Shown piece by piece: positions 57,556 to 64,000 of a stretch of DNA of 64,000 nt. The translations under genes and the position numbers were made by a program. The notes beneath the pieces were generated by a model that saw nothing but the letters and a program-made list of their open reading frames with translations, ran no database searches and was not told where the DNA came from. How positions within the stretch are numbered: position 1 is the first letter of the stretch; every line of letters starts with the position of its first letter. Source of the stretch: a virus. The DNA is taken from positions 97,705 through 161,704 of the IMG/VR virus record IMGVR_UViG_3300020394_000003; one strand, written 5' to 3'.

Positions 57556-58433
57556 GGCAAAGAAAGAGTCATCTCGCCGGCATTGTACCTGTCGCCGGTC
57601 GTACCGATAAATTTGAACTACCATGGCCAGACTGTATGATGCCCTTGTCGCAAGACTATGTGGCAATTGAGCGAAGTATTCTTGAATGCGCTTATGCTGG
57701 TTGTAAAACAATCTGGGTTATCTGTAATGACGATGTTTCACCAATCATCAAGCATCGTCTGGGAGAGTACGTCTATGATCCAGTTTGGTATGATCGCAAA
57801 GATACGTTTGCTAGAGAAAGTCGCAGAATAATACCTATTTTTTATGTACCGATTCACTCTAAAGATACAAACAAGCGAGACTGTTTGTCTTGGAGTCTAG
57901 TTTACGGGGCACTTACTGCCTTCAAGATAGGCTCATCGCTTAGTCAATGGGTGGCGCCAAGTAGATATTATGTCGCCTTCCCTTGCGGAATCTATGAGCC
58001 TTCCGTCGTTCGTCCTCATCGAGCAGCTATAACCAAAGGAGAATGTTTTGCAGTCTCTTACGAAGGCAGTAACGTATTGAATAATAAATACATGGGATTT
58101 ACCTTTGGTAAAGATGAGTGGAAAAGCTTTAGAAGAGTTTTAAGATCGGGTACTGGCCTGTGGTCGTCAGAAAATTTACGACAAGGAAAGTATCCTAGTG
58201 AAGTTCTGCCTATAGAAGAAAGATATTCGGCGAGACATTTTACACTTGACAAAGTTTTAGAATCTGTTAAAATAGTGAATGAGGTCGAACTTTCAGCATA
58301 TCATCAAATAGATACATGGGATGATTACCTAAAATATTTGAGATCCGACACCCAACTAGAAAAACCAAAAAACTTCTTGACAAATGGCAAGAAATTAAAT
58401 AAAATATGTAAACCAATCGAGGAAGATGAATGA
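57552..58433 (+). CDS. Divergent sugar-phosphate nucleotidyltransferase-like protein
   Basis: AGIVPVAG...P..MMP.....AIERSI.ECAYAGC.TIWVI resembles the NTP_transferase N-terminus; ends IDTWDDY. Confidence 0.6.
   Translation: MRQRKSHLAGIVPVAGRTDKFELPWPDCMMPLSQDYVAIERSILECAYAGCKTIWVICNDDVSPIIKHRLGEYVYDPVWYDRKDTFARESRRIIPIFYVPIHSKDTNKRDCLSWSLVYGALTAFKIGSSLSQWVAPSRYYVAFPCGIYEPSVVRPHRAAITKGECFAVSYEGSNVLNNKYMGFTFGKDEWKSFRRVLRSGTGLWSSENLRQGKYPSEVLPIEERYSARHFTLDKVLESVKIVNEVELSAYHQIDTWDDYLKYLRSDTQLEKPKNFLTNGKKLNKICKPIEEDE
58246..58273 (+). promoter_or_regulatory. Possible sigma70-type promoter for dnaE
   Basis: TTGACA-16 nt-TAAAAT with TG extension. Confidence 0.5.
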
Positions 58434-61400
58434 AGCCTACAAAAAACAACACTATCCCTTTCGTAAACCTTCATGCTCATAGCGTTGCAGGATCAATTTT
58501 TGACGCTATTGGTTTCCCGCAAGATCATATGGATTTTGCGTATGAGAATGGGTCTGAGGCCTTGGCGCTAACCGACCATGGCAATATGAACGGACTGGCA
58601 TATCAGGTTCTTCATGCTCGTCGCATGGAATCGGAAGGTAAAAGCTTCAAGCCAATTTATGGAGTAGAGGCTTATTTTATTCCATCTTTGAATGAATGGC
58701 GCACCGAATACGCCAAGGTCATGGAAGACAAAAAGAAAGCACGCGAAGCAATCAAAGGCAAGCAATCTGGTGCAACGGTAGAGGACTCATCAGAATCTAA
58801 GCGTGCTATTAATAATGTGCTTAAGCGCCGTAGTCATTTGATTCTGCTAGCACAAAATCAGACTGGACTTAATAACATCTTCAAGCTAGTCTCAGAAAGC
58901 TACAAAGAGGAGAATTTTTACCGATATCCACGAATTGATTACGCTTTGTTGGAAAAATATAATGAAGGCATCATTGCTGCATCTGCATGTTTGGGCGGGG
59001 TGTATGCTGGTGATTATTGGCGCGCTGGCGAATATGACGCAGACGGTAATCGTACAGGGACAGATATGGACGCGGCACTAGATGCAATGCGCGAAACAAC
59101 AATGCGCATGCAGTCGATCTTTGGGGACCGGTGGTATGGAGAATTGCAATGGAACAACATCAAGGAACAGCATGAGCTGAATAACCTGATTATCCAGATT
59201 GCAAATGAATTCGACATGGAACTTATCTCTACCGCTGATAGCCATTATCCAAACCCGAATGCTTGGAAAGACAGGGAGCTTTACAATCGACTAGGCTGGC
59301 TTGGAAAAGGCCGACCAGCGTGGGCGGAAGAAGACTCAGATTTGCCGGTTGATGTAGACGAGATCGGTTACGAGCTTTACCCTAAGAACGGTGATCAAAT
59401 GTGGGAGTCGTATAAAAAGTATTCTAAATCTTGCAAATTTGAGTACGAAGATGAACTAGTACTTCGCTCGATTGAAAATACCCACAAGATTGCAACCCAG
59501 AGAATCGAGCAGTTCTATCCTGATAACACGGTTCGCCTGCCAGATTTTGTTGTGCCTGTTGGAATGACGGCTACTCAGGCGCTGATCAAGTTGTCGATGG
59601 ATGGCTTGAACGAGATGGGTTATGCTGACAATGAAGAGTATGTTTCTAGGCTCAAGCACGAACTTCAGGTTATTGACGAGCGAGGCTTCTCTAAATATTT
59701 CTTGACAATGAAAGCTATTTCTGATAGAGCAACTGATTCCATGCTCTGTGGCCCGGGCCGCGGCTCTGCAGCCGGCTCGCTGGTTGCATACGTGCTGCGA
59801 ATCACGCAAGTAGATCCCATCAAATATGGCCTATTGTTCTCCCGCTTCCTGCGCTCAGACGCTACGGACTATCCTGATATCGACTATGATGTTGCCGACC
59901 CAATGGTACTGAAGGAACAGCTTATCGACGAGTGGGGTGAAGATACCGTTGCTCCGATCTCTAACTGGAATACGCTCCAGCTACGTTCACTCATCAAAGA
60001 TATTTCTAAGTTCTACGGTGTTGAATTCACTGAGGTTAACAAGGTAACATCTGTTATGATGTCGGAAGCAACACCGCTAGCAAAACAAAAGCATGGCATC
60101 AAGGCGGGAATCTATGCCCCAACTTGGCAAGAAGTGGTTGAGTTTAGCCCGACGCTTCGCACCTTCCTTGAAACTTATCCAGATATCAAGACCCACGTCG
60201 AAACTCTAGTCGGTCAGGTCCGAAGTTGCAGCCGTCATGCCGGCGGAGTCGTGGTGGCAGAAAATCTAGATCATCACATGCCACTGATCAACTCAGGTGG
60301 AGTTCGACAGACGCCATGGTCAGAAGGACAAAATGTCCGTCATCTAGAACCCATGGGCTTTATTAAGTTCGATTTGCTTGGCTTAGCCTCTCTCCGTATG
60401 ATCGATGGCGCAATCCGACAGATCTTAATTCGGCACCACGGTATCGAGCAGCCAACATTCGCTGATGTTAAAAGATACTACGACGAAAACCTGCACCCAG
60501 ATGTGATCAACTTGGACGACCAGAACGTTTACGAAGGTATCTTTCACAAGGGTAAGTGGGCAGGAGTATTCCAGTTTACGGAGGACGGAGCACAGAAATT
60601 CTGTGTCCGCGCCAAGCCGTGTAGTATTATTGATATTTCTGCTATTACCTCTATCTTCCGACCCGGACCCCTCTCGGCCGATGTTGACGACCAATATGTT
60701 GAAGCAAAGGAGCGACCGCAGTATATTAAGTATGTTCACCCGCTAGTTCAAGAGGTTACTGAAGAAACCTACGGCTTCTTGATCTTCCAAGAGCAGATTG
60801 CACTTTTAGCCCATAAACTTGGCAAGGATCTTAGTCTAGATGAAGGCAACAAGCTTCGCAAGCTGTTGACCAAGAAGGGTACTGGCAAGGGCGCCCGCGA
60901 GAAAAACAAGATTCACAAGAAGTTCATCGATGGTTGTGTGGAAAAGGGACTGCAGAAATCCACGGGCCAGCGCCTTTGGGAAACTTTTGAATACTTCTCT
61001 GGCTATGGTTTTAACAAGTCGCATGCCGTTTCCTACAGTATTCTGTCTTTCCAGTGTGCGTGGCTTTTGAATTACTATCCTGCTGAGTGGATGGCTGCTT
61101 TCCTCGACAAAGAGCCCGAGTCTCGCAAAGAGAAGGCTATTGGTATTGCCAAGAACTTTGGATTCGAAATTGAGCCTCTGAATGTAAATACATCTGGTAG
61201 AGTATGGGGCATTGATGAATCTGGCAAGACCCTAGTTCAGCCATTCAGTTCTATTAAGGGCCTAGGTGACGCAGCAATTGATCAGATTCTGAATAGTCGA
61301 CCTTTCGCTGTGGTTGAAGATTTCTTGTTTAATGACAAGATTTCGTATTCTAAATTGAACAAGAAAGCGTTAGACGTACTAATCAGATCCGAAGCACTAG

Positions 61401-61900
61401 ATTGCTTGATGGATGAACGGTTCACTGGGGCTAAACATTTTTGGTCTGCTGTTGCTGTCGACCGCCCTAAGAATAAGAAAAAGTTTCTAGAAAATTTAGA
61501 ACTTTATCGACCCGAGGGTGACTTTACTGAAGAGGAAAAGATTCAATCGATTGTTGATTTGACTGGCTCCTTCCCGATTAACCGCGTCGTCGACGAAGAC
61601 GTTATGGCCCGCCTAGAAGAAAAGATGATTCCACCTATTGGGGAATACGATCCAGATTTGCAGGTTACTTGGTTTATCCCACGCAAGATTACGCCGAAGA
61701 AAACAAAGAATGGTAAGCTATATTGGATTCTGGAGGTGACAGACACCACCAATTCTTTGACCAAAATTCGTTGTTGGGGTGTAAAGCCTGAAAAAGATAG
61801 GGTTTTGATGAATCGTCCTTATCTTGCGAAACTAGATTACAATGCACAATGGGGATTTAGCACACGTTCGATCATGCATAATTTTAGATTACTAGGATAG
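58430..61900 (+). CDS. dnaE: DNA polymerase III alpha subunit (family C)
   Basis: PHP domain (HAHS, TDHG, ADSH), GPGRGSAAGSL, PDIDYD, HAGGVV, KFDLLGL, FNKSH. Confidence 0.96.
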   Translation: MKPTKNNTIPFVNLHAHSVAGSIFDAIGFPQDHMDFAYENGSEALALTDHGNMNGLAYQVLHARRMESEGKSFKPIYGVEAYFIPSLNEWRTEYAKVMEDKKKAREAIKGKQSGATVEDSSESKRAINNVLKRRSHLILLAQNQTGLNNIFKLVSESYKEENFYRYPRIDYALLEKYNEGIIAASACLGGVYAGDYWRAGEYDADGNRTGTDMDAALDAMRETTMRMQSIFGDRWYGELQWNNIKEQHELNNLIIQIANEFDMELISTADSHYPNPNAWKDRELYNRLGWLGKGRPAWAEEDSDLPVDVDEIGYELYPKNGDQMWESYKKYSKSCKFEYEDELVLRSIENTHKIATQRIEQFYPDNTVRLPDFVVPVGMTATQALIKLSMDGLNEMGYADNEEYVSRLKHELQVIDERGFSKYFLTMKAISDRATDSMLCGPGRGSAAGSLVAYVLRITQVDPIKYGLLFSRFLRSDATDYPDIDYDVADPMVLKEQLIDEWGEDTVAPISNWNTLQLRSLIKDISKFYGVEFTEVNKVTSVMMSEATPLAKQKHGIKAGIYAPTWQEVVEFSPTLRTFLETYPDIKTHVETLVGQVRSCSRHAGGVVVAENLDHHMPLINSGGVRQTPWSEGQNVRHLEPMGFIKFDLLGLASLRMIDGAIRQILIRHHGIEQPTFADVKRYYDENLHPDVINLDDQNVYEGIFHKGKWAGVFQFTEDGAQKFCVRAKPCSIIDISAITSIFRPGPLSADVDDQYVEAKERPQYIKYVHPLVQEVTEETYGFLIFQEQIALLAHKLGKDLSLDEGNKLRKLLTKKGTGKGAREKNKIHKKFIDGCVEKGLQKSTGQRLWETFEYFSGYGFNKSHAVSYSILSFQCAWLLNYYPAEWMAAFLDKEPESRKEKAIGIAKNFGFEIEPLNVNTSGRVWGIDESGKTLVQPFSSIKGLGDAAIDQILNSRPFAVVEDFLFNDKISYSKLNKKALDVLIRSEALDCLMDERFTGAKHFWSAVAVDRPKNKKKFLENLELYRPEGDFTEEEKIQSIVDLTGSFPINRVVDEDVMARLEEKMIPPIGEYDPDLQVTWFIPRKITPKKTKNGKLYWILEVTDTTNSLTKIRCWGVKPEKDRVLMNRPYLAKLDYNAQWGFSTRSIMHNFRLLG

Positions 61901-61909
61901 TTAGTAAAG

Positions 61910-62380
61910 ATGAATAGATGGTTTACAGGCTCTGGGGAAGAAGTAAGTTTCGATAAACTCTTGCAAAGAGTCCGTCACCATGTGAGTGATAAAGGTACAG
62001 TGTATGTTGGTACTGACTCCTTTTTGACAAAAGATTGCTGTACCTTCTCGACAGCAATCGTGTTACATGGTGGAAATAATCAGGTAGGTGGATATTATTT
62101 TTTTACAAAGAATAAGTTTGGAAACAATTCTTTTAACACTTTAATTGTACGAGTGACAGAAGAGGTAAATTTGTCAGTACAGATGGCATTGAAAATTAGA
62201 CAACTGTGTCCGACCGCTAAGCTTGAGTTGCACATAGATGCTAGTCCTGCGGATGGCGGCAACGCCACAAGCCAATTTTCAGATATGTTAATTGGTTTTG
62301 CGAAGGGTGCAGGGTTTAATGTAAAGGTGAAGCCTGATGCTTTCGCTGCGGCATGCATCGCCGACAAACACTCTAAATAA
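61910..62380 (+). CDS. RNase H-like YkuK (DUF458) family protein
   Basis: VYVGTDS, EEV..S, ELHID, KPDAFAA..IADKH. Confidence 0.8.
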   Translation: MNRWFTGSGEEVSFDKLLQRVRHHVSDKGTVYVGTDSFLTKDCCTFSTAIVLHGGNNQVGGYYFFTKNKFGNNSFNTLIVRVTEEVNLSVQMALKIRQLCPTAKLELHIDASPADGGNATSQFSDMLIGFAKGAGFNVKVKPDAFAAACIADKHSK

Positions 62381-62402
62381 ACGAGCGATTCTATAAAAAA
62401 AT

Positions 62403-62410
62403 ACTATTTA
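62403..62410 (+). promoter_or_regulatory. Putative late promoter ACTATTTA
   Basis: Intergenic, at the switch from replication genes to the tagged-protein cluster. Confidence 0.7.
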
Positions 62411-62439
62411 TAAATGCACATTAATAGGAGTATCAAGAT

Positions 62440-62871
62440 ATGTTACTAACCGAAGATTTACTAAAGAGCATGATTCAAGAGATTCATGACGATTATTTAA
62501 CAAAGGTGCCCTCTTCCGTCGACGCCCCCGCATCCGACGAAGAGCTAGCAATGGACGCCCTCACTGATGAACTAGTGGATATCCAACTTGACATCCAAGA
62601 AGGGGTCAGCTTTATGGGCAAAGCAATGGACTACGAAGAATTTTTAAGTATTGTTGGGAATTATGTTATTAGTTATGAATCACGTAGAGGAGGTCAGCCA
62701 AATAAATATCTGAGAAAAGAAATCAAACAAGCGGTATCGGCCGCGCTTGCAGATGTACCCCAAATGATAGCGGATTCTGTTGCAGAAACTCTTGAAGATT
62801 ACATTGAAGATGATAGGTATGGCGGCTATGGTATGTCTGATTCGCCCGAAATGACCGGAGATTATAAATAA
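62440..62871 (+). CDS. Acidic protein with a tag-like N-terminus
   Basis: MLLTEDLLKSMIQEI; late motif at 62403; AGGAG RBS. Confidence 0.6.
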   Translation: MLLTEDLLKSMIQEIHDDYLTKVPSSVDAPASDEELAMDALTDELVDIQLDIQEGVSFMGKAMDYEEFLSIVGNYVISYESRRGGQPNKYLRKEIKQAVSAALADVPQMIADSVAETLEDYIEDDRYGGYGMSDSPEMTGDYK

Positions 62872-63191
62872 TGAAAATGAAAATTACCAGAAAACGCTTT
62901 TTAGAAATCCTTGAAGAAGAGTTACAAAATCAAATTCATGAAAAGAAAAATCATGAAAGAGAAAAGAACAACAGAGCACTAGCTTCAGCCGCAGAGGAGC
63001 CTGCAAAGATCAAGGGCAAGTTGATGGATGAGGGCGACGAGCACCCGGCACTGTATAGATCACGCGCCCTTGACGCAGTAGACACGCTTAGAGAACTTAT
63101 AGCTGATGTTGATTCCTCTGCCCTTCAGGAGAATGACATTGCTACAGCAGTAGAAGAATTAAAAGATAAATTGGAATATTACATGTCATGA
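62871..63191 (+). CDS. Small acidic protein with MKIT...L.I..EE tag
   Basis: MKITRKRFLEILEEEL. Confidence 0.6.
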   Translation: MKMKITRKRFLEILEEELQNQIHEKKNHEREKNNRALASAAEEPAKIKGKLMDEGDEHPALYRSRALDAVDTLRELIADVDSSALQENDIATAVEELKDKLEYYMS

Positions 63192-63679
63192 AAATTAGCA
63201 AACAAGAGTTAAGAAAAATTATTTCTGAAGAATTGGAGGTCATCCTTACTAATGAGGAAGTTGGCGAATTCTTCGGCGAAGAAGCCCGCCGGCAGCTTGA
63301 GGGTTCCGACCGCGGTGAAGGATCGATGGCCGTGAACCAACTCAGCAATATCAGTCAGATGGTTGGAGAGCTAGCTGATCTAGTAGACGATTCTGATGAT
63401 CTGGATGAATGGGTCGAATCGAAGATTACTAAAGCCCATGATTATCTAAACACGGTATTGAACCACCTCTCAGCCGAAGGAGTTGATCCAGACTTTATGC
63501 CTCTGAAAGAGGGCCTGTTTGACGAAACCGAAGAGCACCTAGAGGCCATCCACGCGATTGCAAAAGATTTGCCTCCCGAGCATCTTGCGTTGTTATCAAA
63601 GCAAATCGATGAGTTGGTAAAACAACTAGATGATGTCGCGGCTAGCCGACCAGCGCCACCACCAAGTGAAGACATTTAA
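63188..63679 (+). CDS. Small acidic protein with MKISK..L..II.EE tag
   Basis: MKISKQELRKIISEEL; EGSMA..QL...LDEWVESKIT.A.DYL domain. Confidence 0.65.
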   Translation: MKISKQELRKIISEELEVILTNEEVGEFFGEEARRQLEGSDRGEGSMAVNQLSNISQMVGELADLVDDSDDLDEWVESKITKAHDYLNTVLNHLSAEGVDPDFMPLKEGLFDETEEHLEAIHAIAKDLPPEHLALLSKQIDELVKQLDDVAASRPAPPPSEDI

Positions 63680-63694
63680 AGGAGAACTAAACAA

Positions 63695-64000
63695 ATGAAG
63701 ATCAGTAAAGAACAACTTGAGAAAATCGTTGTCGAAGAGACTATTAAACAATTTGAGCAAAGAGGTCTAGATGAAGGCGTCGTTGACATGGACGGTGAAA
63801 CCATCGTTACTGGCCCTGACGGAGACGCTTCCCCTCTCGCCCGCGCAGGTGCAAGGCAGGATGATCTTCAGACCACTATGATGAAGGCCGCTATGGAAAT
63901 CAAAGACAACAAGCCCCAGCAGGCATACGAAACCTTACTGAGGGCACTCGCTGCAGCCGGCCTTGAGACTGAACGACTTCCCGGTCTTGAAGATGAGATG
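63695..64000 (+). CDS. Tagged acidic protein, truncated by the window end (MKISKEQLEKIVVEET...)
   Basis: AGGAG RBS; frame open to 64000; not in the ORF track. Confidence 0.65.
   Translation, partial: MKISKEQLEKIVVEETIKQFEQRGLDEGVVDMDGETIVTGPDGDASPLARAGARQDDLQTTMMKAAMEIKDNKPQQAYETLLRALAAAGLETERLPGLEDEM

Noticed and set aside
4452-61900. Inteins, introns or homing endonucleases in terL, nrdJ, helicase, recA or dnaE
   Set aside because: Protein lengths are ordinary, and no intein splice motifs or LAGLIDADG/HNH/GIY-YIG ORFs were evident
675-63675. Numerous minus-strand and alternate-frame ORFs in the track (e.g. 18195-18686, 23627-24130, 25522-25914, 35770-36114)
   Set aside because: All are shadows of well-supported + strand genes with biased codon usage, and they lack RBSs and recognisable motifs
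1-64000. CRISPR array, tRNA or rRNA genes
   Set aside because: No regularly spaced repeats or cloverleaf/T-loop patterns were seen, and intergenic gaps are short and accounted for; a tRNAscan/Infernal run would be needed to exclude them fully
1-64000. Stop-codon reassignment (alternative genetic code)
   Set aside because: Core genes are full length in code 11, and TAA, TAG and TGA all end genes at the expected C-termini

Overview
This 64 kb window comes from a large lytic T4-like ('far-T4' type) myovirus genome, with every credible gene on the + strand. Positions 1-43.3 kb hold a mostly late/structural region: Rad50/SbcC, lysis genes, terminase, portal, prohead protease, ribosomal protein bS21, a 10 kb island of fibre/decoration proteins, scaffold, major capsid, neck, sheath, tube, tail chaperone, tape measure and baseplate hub. 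Positions 43.4-62.4 kb hold an early replication/repair/nucleotide module driven by sigma70-type promoters: a minimal family-A polymerase, tubulin-like protein, gp32-like SSB, RecA, lipoproteins, deaminase, UvsE, 5'-3' exonuclease, DnaB-type helicase, class II RNR, GroES, ClpP, ThyX, a nucleotidyltransferase-like protein, DnaE and YkuK. A new late cluster starts at 62.4 kb. The strongest unexplained signals are: (1) a shared N-terminal 'MKI[ST]K..L..II.EE' tag on otherwise unrelated small proteins, a candidate capsid-loading signal; (2) strong [S/T]-G-S enrichment in virion-surface proteins, including the capsid insertion and sheath, a candidate modification/glycosylation sequon; (3) a recurring ACTAnTTA late-promoter motif; (4) a +1/-2 slippery site in the tail chaperone; (5) a tiny Cys-Cys peptide followed by a SECIS-like hairpin; (6) a mini-PolA/tubulin-like operon in a DnaE-encoding phage. 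All calls were made by eye from motifs and synteny; no database searches were run.
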